Shown: positions 20,533 to 30,794 of the stretch, piece after piece
Layout of the letters: each line of letters starts with the position of its first letter
How positions within the stretch are numbered: the first letter of the stretch is position 1
Source of the DNA: Spirochaetia bacterium
GTDB taxonomy: Bacteria; Spirochaetota; Spirochaetia; UBA9216
Assembly: GCA_963675665.1 (NCBI GenBank)
Contig: OY776510.1
Location: forward strand, 864,001 to 928,000
Length of the DNA: 64,000 nucleotides
Direction: 5' to 3'
Notes under the pieces: generated by a model
Told to the model about the DNA's origin: nothing
What the model saw: the letters and a program-made list of their open reading frames with translations, nothing else
The model's database searches: none
Position numbers and translations under genes: made by a program

Positions 20533-22056
20533 ATGAGTATGGATATAATAAAAGATCTTGAACCGGCGGTATTCTGGAAACATTTTTATAATATTACGCG
20601 TATTCCGCGCGAATCCGGAAATGAAGCGGGAATAAGACAATATACGGCAGATTTTGCCGAAGAACACAATCTTGAATACAGGATTGATGCCATCGGTAAT
20701 ATCATTATTAAACGACCGGCATCGCCTGGAAAGGAAGATCGCCCGTCTGTTGTTCTTCAGGGACACCTGGACATGGTCTGTGAAAAAAACCGGGATAAAG
20801 TACATGATTTCGAAAAGGATCCCATCGCGCTTGTAATTGAGAACGGGTGGCTTAAAGCGGACGGCACAACTCTCGGCGCCGACAACGGAGTTGCCATTGC
20901 GGCAGGTCTGGCCGTCCTGGAATCCGATGAGATTCTCGGCCCTGTTGAGGTTCTTCTTACCGTCGATGAGGAAACCGGGCTTACCGGCGCCCTTGAACTT
21001 GATCCGTCCATTGTTGATTCCAGAATACTCATTAACCTCGATTCGGAAGAAGACGGTATAGTCTATGTAGGCTGTGCGGGAGGAAAAAATACGGAAGGAT
21101 ATCTTCCGGTTGAATTCGAAACGGCGCCCGGGGGTTACGTTGTTTTTTCCGTCGTTCTGAAGGGCCTGAGGGGCGGACATTCCGGTACCGAGATTCACGC
21201 AGGACTGGGTAATTCGATCAAGCTTGGATCCCGGTTTTTATGGAATGCCGCTGAAAAATTCAATACAAAACTGGCTTATATGGAAGGCGGCGGTAAACAT
21301 AATGCGATACCAAGAGAATTTTTTGCATCGGTAATGGTTCGGGAAAGCGAAACAGAGGCATTTCTTGAATATGCCGCCGAATATGCCGGCATAATAAAAT
21401 CCGAATTCAAGATTACAGAACCCGGTTTGAGTTTTGAGGTTTTACCGCTGCAGAAGTCTGAAGGTGCTGATATCTTTGAACAGGGTCATGACGGTATGGT
21501 CTACACAGAAGAAACCCGGGAGCGTATTCTTGATATGATTTATTCAATACCTCACGGAATTCTTAAAATGAGCAAGGTACTTGATGATCTTGTTGAAACC
21601 TCGACAAACCTTGCCAGGGTAGAGCTGCTTAACAAAGGCAAGGGTATTGAAGGTTCAAATACGACAGGAGAAACAGAGTTTTTCGTGCTTAACTGTCACC
21701 GCTCCTCTGTTGATACCGAATGTGACGATGCTGCCGATATGGTCCGTTCATGCATCAGGGCTGCCGGAGGCAGGTATGAATTCAGGCATGAATACCCGGG
21801 CTGGGATCCTGATCCGGAATCAGCCATCCTGAAAACGGCAGAAAGGGCTTATAAGGAACTGTTTGGAAAAGCTCCGGAAATAAAAGCCATACATGCGGGG
21901 CTTGAGTGCGGTGTAATAGGAAAGAAATTCGATTCAATGGATATGATCTCATTCGGTCCGGAACTTATGGATGTTCACACGCCCGGAGAAAAAGTACAGA
22001 TAAAATCAGTTGAAAACGTCTGGAAATTCCTGATTGCATTGTTAAAAATGATATAA
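20533..22056 (+). CDS. pepD: Aminoacyl-histidine dipeptidase (M20C)
   Basis: QGHLDMVCEK, TTLGADNG, DEETGLTGA, NLDSEE, IHAGLECG. Confidence 0.93.
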   Translation: MSMDIIKDLEPAVFWKHFYNITRIPRESGNEAGIRQYTADFAEEHNLEYRIDAIGNIIIKRPASPGKEDRPSVVLQGHLDMVCEKNRDKVHDFEKDPIALVIENGWLKADGTTLGADNGVAIAAGLAVLESDEILGPVEVLLTVDEETGLTGALELDPSIVDSRILINLDSEEDGIVYVGCAGGKNTEGYLPVEFETAPGGYVVFSVVLKGLRGGHSGTEIHAGLGNSIKLGSRFLWNAAEKFNTKLAYMEGGGKHNAIPREFFASVMVRESETEAFLEYAAEYAGIIKSEFKITEPGLSFEVLPLQKSEGADIFEQGHDGMVYTEETRERILDMIYSIPHGILKMSKVLDDLVETSTNLARVELLNKGKGIEGSNTTGETEFFVLNCHRSSVDTECDDAADMVRSCIRAAGGRYEFRHEYPGWDPDPESAILKTAERAYKELFGKAPEIKAIHAGLECGVIGKKFDSMDMISFGPELMDVHTPGEKVQIKSVENVWKFLIALLKMI

Positions 22057-22074
22057 CGTTTCGGAGGAAATTTA

Positions 22075-22395
22075 ATGAAGCGAACCGGGGTATTGAAGAT
22101 ACTTCATGATACAGCATTTCCCATTAACAAACTTGTCATACATCCCAACACCGGTTTCGATTTGGGGTTTATGCAGATAAAGTATGTGGTGCAGATGTGT
22201 ATCAATACAACTATCGAGGACTTTAAAAACGGATGTTCCGAAGCCCTCTGTGATACGGACATTCTGCTTCTGAATGAATGCCGGGCCGATACGGTTGAAA
22301 TGGGACAAAAACTTTGGGAAAAAATCGGCCGGCCGGAACGTTGTCTTCTTGTTTATGATGAGGAAACAAACCGTTTATTTATAGCAACCAGATAA
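22075..22395 (+). CDS. Hypothetical protein
   Basis: Strong GGAGG RBS, fills the gap between pepD and fprA; no recognised motif. Confidence 0.7.
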   Translation: MKRTGVLKILHDTAFPINKLVIHPNTGFDLGFMQIKYVVQMCINTTIEDFKNGCSEALCDTDILLLNECRADTVEMGQKLWEKIGRPERCLLVYDEETNRLFIATR

Positions 22396-22398
22396 ATT

Positions 22399-23634
22399 TT
22401 ACTGCGGCGTCAGATCTTTTACTCTGCGAGCAAGTTTTTTTGCCTGTTCAACAGCCTTCAGGATTACATCCTCATCCGCACGGCCCTGCCATTCTACCGG
22501 TTCAATACATTCCCAATTAAGACCTTCCGTCATTTCTGTAAACTGCTTCTGGGCCCCCCCGGACCAGCCGTAAGAACCGAAGCGAAAAATGTTTCTGTTT
22601 TTAACATGGCTTCGATCAAAGATGTCCAGTACATGGGCCATGGGCGGAAACATCCTGTATTCGTATGTCGGCATGCCGAAAATCAATCCTGCAGATTTCC
22701 ATGCGTCCGCCAGGACAAATGAAACATGTTCCTGGGGAACACGGTGTACATTGATATTCACGCCTTCATTTTTAACAGCATCAATAACGGGTTGAACAAG
22801 TTTTTCGGTATTTCCGTACATGCTCGACCAGATTAATGTTATTTCCTTTTCTGCCGGACCGTTGTGATACGAGGCCAGTTTCCGGTATGTTTCAATTATT
22901 TTTTCGGGATTTTTCCGCCAGATTATTCCGTGGGAAGGAGCGATCACTTTTATATCAAGTCCGGAAAGCTTGTCTATGGCCTTCAGAACAAAACCGGAAA
23001 ATGTTGATACTATATTGGCGTAATAACGCAGGGTTTCCCATTCATAAAAAACTTTTTCTTCCGGCGTAAGCTGATCATCAAATATATGGTCTGTGACCCG
23101 GCCGAAAGAACCGAAAGCATCGCATGAAAAAAGAACGCCCGAGGACATTTCGTATGTGACCATTGTTTCCGGCCAGTGAACATTCGGTGCATCTATAAAG
23201 GAGAGGACTTTGCCGCCGCCGAGATCCAGGCTGTCTCCGGATTCTACCGGGAAAACATTCTCCTCAATCTTGTAAAAGGCCTTAATCAGCGGAACGGACT
23301 TTTTTGAGCAGTATATTTTAAGATCCGGGTTTTTCTGTTTCATTTCCGTAAGCCAACCGGTATGATCAGGTTCCATATGGTTCAGAACAAGATAATCGAT
23401 GTTTTCAATGCTGAACCCGGCATCCGTCAGCTGCTCGTTTACCTGTATTAATGCGTCGTCCCAGTCTTTTACCAGATCAATCAGGGCTGTTTTCTCGCCC
23501 TTCACCAGATACGAATTTATTGAGACGCCTTCCGGAATGGGCCATATCCCCTCAAACAGGTCTTTATTGCCGATATTTGCCGCTATCCGGTATACATTGT
23601 CTGCTATTTCCATTGCTTTCATAAGTATCTCCAC
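22399..23634 (-). CDS. fprA: FprA family A-type flavoprotein (flavodiiron protein)
   Basis: NHMEPDH, VHWPETM, FSCDAFGSF, APSHG, SMYGNTE, FGSYGWSGGA. Confidence 0.94.
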   Translation of the reverse strand: MEILMKAMEIADNVYRIAANIGNKDLFEGIWPIPEGVSINSYLVKGEKTALIDLVKDWDDALIQVNEQLTDAGFSIENIDYLVLNHMEPDHTGWLTEMKQKNPDLKIYCSKKSVPLIKAFYKIEENVFPVESGDSLDLGGGKVLSFIDAPNVHWPETMVTYEMSSGVLFSCDAFGSFGRVTDHIFDDQLTPEEKVFYEWETLRYYANIVSTFSGFVLKAIDKLSGLDIKVIAPSHGIIWRKNPEKIIETYRKLASYHNGPAEKEITLIWSSMYGNTEKLVQPVIDAVKNEGVNINVHRVPQEHVSFVLADAWKSAGLIFGMPTYEYRMFPPMAHVLDIFDRSHVKNRNIFRFGSYGWSGGAQKQFTEMTEGLNWECIEPVEWQGRADEDVILKAVEQAKKLARRVKDLTPQ

Positions 23635-23638
23635 AGTT

Positions 23639-24385
23639 TTAATTTTTAAAATAATTTACGCCGTTTTTTATTATATCAAGACCGAAACCGCGATCAACTT
23701 TTTTTCTTGTCCAGAGCGGATGATTTTCAGGATGAATGAAGGCTTCCGGATGAGGCATCAGTCCGAGAATCCGGCCTGTTTTATCGGTGATTCCGGCAAT
23801 GTTTTCAGCGGATCCGTTTGGGTTCCAGCCGGAGTATTTTAAAACGTCGAGATTGTTTTCTGTTATATAATTCATGATCTTTTCGTTTTCGGTAATAAAA
23901 CGGCCTTCTCCGTGTCTGATTGGGAGCTCGATTGAGTCGATATTCTTAAGCCAGGCACAACGCGAGTCCTTTTTAACTTCAAGCCTGACCCAGTCGTCGA
24001 TAAATGTTCCGCAGTCATTATGGACAAGAGTAACTTCCGGTTTCCAGGATCCGTTTATGTTCGGCAGAACTCCCATTTTTACAAGAACCTGAAAGCCGTT
24101 GCATATGCCGATAATCAGGTTGCCGTTATCCACAAATTTCTGAAGGCTGTCTTTAAGATGCTTTTTGAAAAGATGGGCAAAAACAAGGCCGGAGCCGAGG
24201 TGGTCGCCGAATGAAAAACCTCCGGGAAAGCCGAGAATCTGAAAGTCGTCCAGATGCGAAGGCTTTGCTATAAGATCGTTTATATGAAGGAGTTCAGTTT
24301 CGGATCCGGCCATGCTGAATGCGTCCGCAAGGTCCCGATCCGAATTAATTCCGAAGCCTGTAATAATGCAGGTTTTAATTTTCAT
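23639..24385 (-). CDS. purQ: FGAM synthase glutaminase subunit
   Basis: PGGFSFGDHL, GICNGFQ, RHGEG, GLMPHPE. Confidence 0.94.
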   Translation of the reverse strand: MKIKTCIITGFGINSDRDLADAFSMAGSETELLHINDLIAKPSHLDDFQILGFPGGFSFGDHLGSGLVFAHLFKKHLKDSLQKFVDNGNLIIGICNGFQVLVKMGVLPNINGSWKPEVTLVHNDCGTFIDDWVRLEVKKDSRCAWLKNIDSIELPIRHGEGRFITENEKIMNYITENNLDVLKYSGWNPNGSAENIAGITDKTGRILGLMPHPEAFIHPENHPLWTRKKVDRGFGLDIIKNGVNYFKN

Positions 24386-24393
24386 TCTTTCTC

Positions 24394-27300
24394 CTATTTA
24401 AAGCTCTTCCAGGCTTTTTCTATGCTGTTTATATCGGTTTCAAGGCATATTCTTCCGTTCCGGGTGAATGTCAACATATTCTTCTGCACCTCCGGGCCTC
24501 CTGTGACCCTGCCGGTTTCAGCCGTCCTGGTTCCCTTCATGATTTCTTCGAACCTTGTTTTGTCTGCGGACGAAACCGAAACAATAAAGCGCGACGGAGT
24601 TTCACTGAACAGCATTCGGGTTGTTTCAAAATCACCCCGGGAAACAGGAACATCATCAAGGTTTATTTCTGCGCCGAGCCTTCCGCCCAGGGCCGACTCT
24701 GCAGCAGCCGCCGCGAGGCCTCCGTCGGAGAGATCGTGGCAGGATTTAACAAGACCCTCCTGCATCGCTTTATGAAGTTTGCGGTACAGCTCAAGAGCCT
24801 CTCCGGTTTTTACAGACGGGCAGTCGCCGAGATTGAACAGGCTGTCGGAACGGTCGTCGCCGTTCTGCTGTGCCATAAGCTTTTCATAGAAGCTTCCGCC
24901 TAGTTCCTCACGGGTTTCCCCGAGAATATAGATTAAATCTCCGTCTTCCTTAAAATCGGAAGTGACGGCTCCGGTTACGTCACTTATTATTCCCATTTGC
25001 GAAATCAGCAAAGTCGGCCGAACCGGTATTTTTTTCCCGCCTATTTTTGACTCATTTTTCATGGAATCCTTTCCCGAGATAAGGGGCATTCCGTATGCTG
25101 TGCAGGCGTCCCTTAGGCCTTTGCAGGCGCGGACCAGCTGTGCCATACGGTATTCGCCGTCCGGGTTATCAGGGCTCTGAACAGGATCAGGCCAGCAGAA
25201 ATTGTCCAGTGCAGAGGTTCTTTCCGGGTCGCCGCCGACCGCGATGTGAGCCCTGTAGGCTTCGTCGACGCCGCACATTGCCATATCGTAAGCGTCCGCG
25301 TCTCCGAACCTGGGACAAACCCCGTGAGTTACGGTTACGCCCTTCCTGGAGTTTCTGACGGGCCGCAGTACCGCTCCGTCCGAAGGAGCGTCACTGTTGA
25401 CGCCGATGAAGGGTTTCATCACCGACTGGGCAAGAACCTCGTGGTCGTACTGTCTGATTAAACCCTCTTTTGATGCTATATTGGGTTCGGCAAGAAGCTT
25501 AAGAAGCATTTCGCTGTTTGCTTCAGCCGTATCGGAATACGATCCTTTCCCTGCTTTTTCCAGAGAAACAACCCCGGTGCGCGTTTTTTTCCATTCGGCT
25601 TTAAGCTGCATTTTCGGCAGTCCGTCGTGCAGAAATTCCAGCTCCAGTAGTCCGACCGGGCGGTTTTTATAACGGAGATCGATATAGCCGTCATCGGTGA
25701 ATTCTCCAATCTCGACGGCTTCAACCCCGCGTGCGGCGGCAAGCTGTTTAAACGCTTCAAGGGTATCGTCAGCGACTGCAAGGCTCATACGTTCCTGGCT
25801 TTCCGACACCAGGATTTCCCATGGGGCGAGGCCGCTGTATTTCAGCGGGCATTTATCAAGATCTATGCGGATTCCGTTGCTGAATTCGGCCATCTCGCCA
25901 AGCGACGACGAAAGACCTCCGGCGCCGTTGTCGGTGAGGCCGGCGTATAATCCTTTGTCCCGGGCTTCAATCAGGAAATCACTGAGTTTTTTCTGGGTTA
26001 TCGGATCTCCAATCTGTACTGCAGATGTCGGCGATTCTTCATCAAGCGCAAGCGATGAAAAGGTCGCGCCGTGGATTCCGTCTTTTCCTATACGCCCGCC
26101 GAGCATAACTGCTTTGTGTCCGGCTTCTATATGTTTGATCCAGGAACCTTCGCCGTCTATTTCAGCAGGAAGAATCCCTCCGGTCCCGCAGAAAACCAGC
26201 GGTTTTCCGGTATAGCTATCGTCGAACAGAAATCCTCCGCCGACTACAGGGATGCCCGACTGGTTTCCGCCGTCGACTATTCCGCGGTGAACGCCTTCCA
26301 TAATCTGTCGCGGATGAAGGAGCCCTTCCGGGATCTTTTCTTCGGGAGCTGTAACCTCTCCGAAGCACAGGTAGTTTGTGTTAAAAATAGGGCGGGCGCC
26401 CTTTCCCGTGCCGAGAATATCGCGGTTAACACCCACGATGCCAGTTATCGCGCCGCCGTACGGATCAAGAGCCGAAGGCGAATTATGAGTTTCAACCTTG
26501 AAACAAATCAGATTATCATCATCAAAAACAATCACGCCTGAATTATCGTGAAAAACGGAGCGCAGATAATCTTTTTCCTTGGATATCTCATCGGTTGTGT
26601 CGCGAATGTATTCTTTAAAAAGGGATCCGATTTTTTCAGTTGTTTGAGTATCTGTATCGGTATATACAACTGCCGCATTCAGAATTTTGTGTTTACAGTG
26701 CTCGGACCAGGTCTGGGCTATCATCTCGATTTCTACATCGGTTGCTTCGGCGCCGAGACCTGCTTTCAATCTTGATTTGGTAACCTTCCCGCTTGCATAA
26801 TATTTTTTTACTGCGTTCATTTCTTCAAGAGTCAGCGCAAGCAGTCTTTTTCGTGAAAAGGACAGAAGTTCCTTGTCCGACATTGAGGTAATATCGAATG
26901 TTTCGATATCTATACTGCTTTCTGCAACTTTTGCAGGGTAGATATCCGGAAAGCGTTTTCCTTCCGACCATTCCCCGGCGGAAATTATAACAGCCTGTTC
27001 GATAAGAGGATTATACAGGTGTTTTTTCAGGGCGGTCATCTCTGTTTCATTCAACAGGCCGCATTTTATTAATAGTTGTCTTGCCGTCTGTACTATGGTT
27101 TCTCCGGGAAGGGTTTGACCGACAGCGGCACCGATTGCTGTTCTGGCTGTTATTGCAGTAGGGTTTGTAACGCCTGTTTTATAGGAAATTTCAAACAGGT
27201 AGTCCCAGCTTTCCCTGTTAAGTTCCGCTGCAGGTTTTCCGAAGCTGACGCACTGCGCCACCGGGTCGGAAAATATCTCTTCCGCTGCAGATTCGTCAAT

Positions 27301-27438
27301 GCCGGTGAAATCGGTTATGTATATATCCGCTATAGAGATATTCTCTATTGAAGCGGAAACGGATGTTCTTAGACTTTCGACAAGCCTGTGTGATCTGCCG
27401 TCGAGTCCGGGGTCCTTGAAAAATACTTCCATTCTCAT
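24394..27438 (-). CDS. purL: FGAM synthase synthetase subunit with N-terminal PurS-like extension
   Basis: QTWSEHCKHK, VETHNSPS, DNGAGG, SESQERM, SGKDS, HDLSDGG. Confidence 0.94.
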   Translation of the reverse strand: MRMEVFFKDPGLDGRSHRLVESLRTSVSASIENISIADIYITDFTGIDESAAEEIFSDPVAQCVSFGKPAAELNRESWDYLFEISYKTGVTNPTAITARTAIGAAVGQTLPGETIVQTARQLLIKCGLLNETEMTALKKHLYNPLIEQAVIISAGEWSEGKRFPDIYPAKVAESSIDIETFDITSMSDKELLSFSRKRLLALTLEEMNAVKKYYASGKVTKSRLKAGLGAEATDVEIEMIAQTWSEHCKHKILNAAVVYTDTDTQTTEKIGSLFKEYIRDTTDEISKEKDYLRSVFHDNSGVIVFDDDNLICFKVETHNSPSALDPYGGAITGIVGVNRDILGTGKGARPIFNTNYLCFGEVTAPEEKIPEGLLHPRQIMEGVHRGIVDGGNQSGIPVVGGGFLFDDSYTGKPLVFCGTGGILPAEIDGEGSWIKHIEAGHKAVMLGGRIGKDGIHGATFSSLALDEESPTSAVQIGDPITQKKLSDFLIEARDKGLYAGLTDNGAGGLSSSLGEMAEFSNGIRIDLDKCPLKYSGLAPWEILVSESQERMSLAVADDTLEAFKQLAAARGVEAVEIGEFTDDGYIDLRYKNRPVGLLELEFLHDGLPKMQLKAEWKKTRTGVVSLEKAGKGSYSDTAEANSEMLLKLLAEPNIASKEGLIRQYDHEVLAQSVMKPFIGVNSDAPSDGAVLRPVRNSRKGVTVTHGVCPRFGDADAYDMAMCGVDEAYRAHIAVGGDPERTSALDNFCWPDPVQSPDNPDGEYRMAQLVRACKGLRDACTAYGMPLISGKDSMKNESKIGGKKIPVRPTLLISQMGIISDVTGAVTSDFKEDGDLIYILGETREELGGSFYEKLMAQQNGDDRSDSLFNLGDCPSVKTGEALELYRKLHKAMQEGLVKSCHDLSDGGLAAAAAESALGGRLGAEINLDDVPVSRGDFETTRMLFSETPSRFIVSVSSADKTRFEEIMKGTRTAETGRVTGGPEVQKNMLTFTRNGRICLETDINSIEKAWKSFK

Positions 27439-27583
27439 AATTGTTTCCTTATCCTATAGAAAATTTGTTATATTTTCAATCCGGGCCTGCATAATCCGAC
27501 ACATAGCTAATTTCTGATGATTGTATTAAATCTCCAAAAAAAGCAATCAAATATCTGGATTAATAAATGATTTTTAATTAAGC

Positions 27584-28069
27584 TTGACCGATGGTGACGT
27601 TGTGATTCAGAATTTTTGTAACGGGTCGGTAATTTGTAATCTTCAGAGTGTGGAAAAGTTCGATGCAATCCATGAGCTGTTATCGAAAGCTCCCGTTTTT
27701 AAAAATATTAGTAATCTTTCTTCTTTTGAACGGGTTGTGGTTGAGCGGGAAAAAAAGCTCTCTACGGGTTTGGGACACGGCGTTGCCTTTGCGCACGGCA
27801 AGACCGATGTGGTTGATACGCTGTATGTAGCGCTTGGGATTTCCCGGAAAGGTATTGAATACGAAGCCCTTGATAACAAACCGGTGCATCTTCTGTTTAT
27901 TGTTGCCAATCCGAAAAACGGTCATCATGAATATCTCCAGTTGATTTCGGCATTAAGCAGAATTCTTCGGGATAATGATTTCAGGAATAGGATTCTGATG
28001 CTCAATGATGAAAAAGAGATTGAACAGGAGTTTCGCATAGCGCTGGAACGGATAACCGTCAATTGTTAA
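27584..28069 (+). CDS. Stand-alone PTS EIIA (Ntr/Fru type)
   Basis: EREKKLSTGLGHGVAFAH, DNKPVHLLF. Confidence 0.88.
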   Translation: MTDGDVVIQNFCNGSVICNLQSVEKFDAIHELLSKAPVFKNISNLSSFERVVVEREKKLSTGLGHGVAFAHGKTDVVDTLYVALGISRKGIEYEALDNKPVHLLFIVANPKNGHHEYLQLISALSRILRDNDFRNRILMLNDEKEIEQEFRIALERITVNC

Positions 28070-28073
28070 CAGC

Positions 28074-28095
28074 AGTCCCAAACGGGGCTTTTTTT
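28074..28095 (+). terminator. Intrinsic terminator
   Basis: AGTCCC-aaac-GGGGCT hairpin then T run, between convergent genes. Confidence 0.6.
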
Positions 28096-28149
28096 GTTTT
28101 TGGAGATAATTCCTTAAAGATTATTCTTTTACAATCAGACTAAAATATT

Positions 28150-29406
28150 TTACACAAGTCCGGGAAAATCAAGAGTGGCAAAATAATCATTCGGCGTTTC
28201 TGCACGTCTGATCTGAACTACTGATCCGTCGGGTTCAAGCAGCAGTTCAGCGCTTCGTAATTTTCCGTTGTAGTTGAATCCCATTGCATAACCATGTGCT
28301 CCTGTATCATGGAACACAAGGACGTCTCCACGTTCGAGATGCGGCAGTTCCCTGTCAATTGCGAACTTGTCGTTGTTCTCACAGAGGGAACCTGTTACGT
28401 CAACCGGGCCTTCGACAGGTTTATTTTCCTTGCCTATCGGTGTGATATGATGATATGCCCCGTAAAGCGCAGGTCTCATCAGGTTGGCCATTGAGGCATC
28501 CATACCGATAAAAGTTTTATATGTCTCTTTTCTGTGAAGAACCTTTGATACCAGGTAACCGTATGGCCCCATAATCATTCTTCCGGATTCCATTACGATT
28601 CTCAGTGCCGAAAGGCTGTTTTTCTCAATTTTTTCTTTATAAAGAGCTTTTATTCCGGCAGAGACTTTTGCAAGATCTACGGGCTCTTCTTCCGGTTTGT
28701 ACGGAATACCTATACCGCCGCCGAGATTAACAAAATCAAAGGTAATACCAAGTTCCCTGTTCAAATCGAGAACAAGTTGAAAAAGAATATCGGCGGTTTC
28801 AACAAAATATTCCCAGTTAAGCTCATTTGAGGCCACCATTGTGTGAAGGCCGAAATGTTTAATGCCTTTTTCTTTTAATCTCCGGTATCCTTCAAAAAGC
28901 TGTTCACGTGTAAAACCGTATTTGGCCTCTTCCGGCTTGCCTATAATAACATTTCCTTCCTTCAGGGGGCCCGGGTTGTACCTGAAGCAGATTCCGTCGG
29001 GAATACCGGCTGCTTCTTCCAGATAATCGATATGACTGATATCATCGAGATTAATGATTACGTCAAGTTGCCTTGCTTTCAGATATTCTTCAGCCGGGGT
29101 GTCGTTTGACGAAAAGAAAATCTCGTTTCCTTTCAGTCCGACTGCATCGGCGAGCATCAGTTCAGGCAAAGACGAACAGTCAGCTCCCATTCCTTCTTCC
29201 CTGAGTATTTTCATAATATGCGGGTTCGGACAGGCTTTTACAGCAAAAAAGTTTTTAAATCCGCCCGGAACCCAGTTGAAGAGCTTATAGAGCTTTTTTG
29301 CATTTTCCCGTATCGCTTTTTCATCATAAATATGAAATGGTGTAGGGTATTTCTCAATAATCTTTTTAAGCTGCTCTTCTGAAAAGGGAAGCGTTTTAAT
29401 GCTCAT
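28150..29406 (-). CDS. lysA: Diaminopimelate decarboxylase
   Basis: PTPFHIYDE, FAVKACPN, NLGGGIG, ESGR, GSLCENND, TGAHGYAMGFNYNG. Confidence 0.94.
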   Translation of the reverse strand: MSIKTLPFSEEQLKKIIEKYPTPFHIYDEKAIRENAKKLYKLFNWVPGGFKNFFAVKACPNPHIMKILREEGMGADCSSLPELMLADAVGLKGNEIFFSSNDTPAEEYLKARQLDVIINLDDISHIDYLEEAAGIPDGICFRYNPGPLKEGNVIIGKPEEAKYGFTREQLFEGYRRLKEKGIKHFGLHTMVASNELNWEYFVETADILFQLVLDLNRELGITFDFVNLGGGIGIPYKPEEEPVDLAKVSAGIKALYKEKIEKNSLSALRIVMESGRMIMGPYGYLVSKVLHRKETYKTFIGMDASMANLMRPALYGAYHHITPIGKENKPVEGPVDVTGSLCENNDKFAIDRELPHLERGDVLVFHDTGAHGYAMGFNYNGKLRSAELLLEPDGSVVQIRRAETPNDYFATLDFPGLV

Positions 29407-29468
29407 TTGGATCTCCTATAAAAAGTCAACCACAAGCTAAAAATATAAGCTTATGATCTGGTCGGATA

Positions 29469-30581
29469 TCAACCGACCATTACAGCTTCCCATGCTGCTG
29501 CCTGCATTTCCCTGTATTCTTTTCTAAAAGCCATTTTCATCGGATCAAACGGCTCTCTGGTTTTTAAAATTGTATATACCAAAGTGCTCATCTTGCGGGC
29601 GGCAGCTATTACACTCTTACCCGAGCCTTTCTGCTTCTTCATCGCTGCATACTTCGTCATTATTCGGTACGTCCCGGTCTTCTTTTGCATACGAACCATT
29701 CCCATCACCATCTGTACGAAGGCTGTCCTCAGTTCTACAGGCCCACGCTTTGTTATATGTCCATGATGTATTGTCATATTTGAGTTCTGCACCCATGGCA
29801 CAAGCCCGGCGTTTGCTGCATATTTCTTCGCACTATCATATCTGCCGATATCGTCTGTATAGGCTCTTACTGTTGCTGCTGTTATTAGACCCACGCCTGG
29901 TATTGTCTGCAGAAGCTCAACATCTTCATCGTCCTCCACAAGCTCAGCCAAAACCTTTTCAAGCTGCTTGACTTGCGATGCCTGATTATCTATCATATCC
30001 AGTAACGGTATTACCGTTTTGGCAGCGCTTCCGTAAAAGTCGTGGTCCTCGAGACCGTTCAGGATTCGCTGCCTTTCTTTTTTACTCTGCAGCTGTCCGC
30101 GTTTGGTCTCTATTCCATAACCAAGTAATAAGCCATGCACCTGGTTCTTTAACGACACAACAGATTTTACCAGTATCGACCTGGATTTCAGCACCCTTCG
30201 AATATCCTCACTCTCTTGGGAACATAATATCGATTCAGGCAGCATGTCTTTCTCAAGAAACTCCGCCAGGGTGCGTGCATCATGTTTGTCTGTCTTTTTT
30301 ACAGATTCATTCACTACCTTGAATTTCAAAGTATTCACTACAACCACTTCGACTCCAGCCTTTAACAGTTTATTGCGGAAATAACGGGCATTCCCGGTTG
30401 TTTCCACCGCTGCTCTCAACTCATATTCCTCTTCACAATATTCATCCAGCATTTTCAGAAATGCTCCATAACCATTTCCGCTGGTCGGATACATTCCCAA
30501 TTGATCAATTTTTCGGTCTTCACTTAAAAGGCATACTGTAAACTGCGTTTTGTGAAGATCCACGCCAATACTCATCTTCAT
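29469..30581 (-). CDS. IS110-family transposase/recombinase
   Basis: RuvC-like DEDD (GVDLHK, AVETTGN, KTDKHDA), LQTIPGVG, GLVPWVQNS catalytic Ser, GHITKRG. Confidence 0.96.
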   Translation of the reverse strand: MKMSIGVDLHKTQFTVCLLSEDRKIDQLGMYPTSGNGYGAFLKMLDEYCEEEYELRAAVETTGNARYFRNKLLKAGVEVVVVNTLKFKVVNESVKKTDKHDARTLAEFLEKDMLPESILCSQESEDIRRVLKSRSILVKSVVSLKNQVHGLLLGYGIETKRGQLQSKKERQRILNGLEDHDFYGSAAKTVIPLLDMIDNQASQVKQLEKVLAELVEDDEDVELLQTIPGVGLITAATVRAYTDDIGRYDSAKKYAANAGLVPWVQNSNMTIHHGHITKRGPVELRTAFVQMVMGMVRMQKKTGTYRIMTKYAAMKKQKGSGKSVIAAARKMSTLVYTILKTREPFDPMKMAFRKEYREMQAAAWEAVMVG

Positions 30582-30589
30582 GTTCTATC

Positions 30590-30780
30590 TCCAATAGTTT
30601 GAAGCAGTGCCTATACGGTGAATTGTTCCATTCTCCTATCCGGTCTCGCAGACCATTGAATGTTTCGGTTACGGCTCTTCAATCTCCTAAACGGTCTCGC
30701 GGACCAGTAAAAATGTCGAACAGTAACCTTACTGCCTCAATTAAAGTTAAGGCAGTATATCAATTCACCAGCTCATGAAG
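30590..30780 (-). ncRNA. Predicted bridge/seek RNA of the IS110 element
   Basis: Non-coding region upstream of transposase; closing stem 30617-30625/30761-30769, hairpin 30730-30757, two GGTC-GACC hairpins each flanked by the AGGAG core; ends approximate. Confidence 0.75.
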
Positions 30781-30794
30781 ACTTTTTATCATTC

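Noticed and set aside
24394-27438. Unusually long PurL with separate PurQ
   Set aside because: Consistent with a PurS-like fusion architecture; not novel on this evidence
30631-30706. Two ~25-bp repeats resembling a mini-CRISPR
   Set aside because: Only two units, no cas genes; explained as the two loops of the IS110 ncRNA
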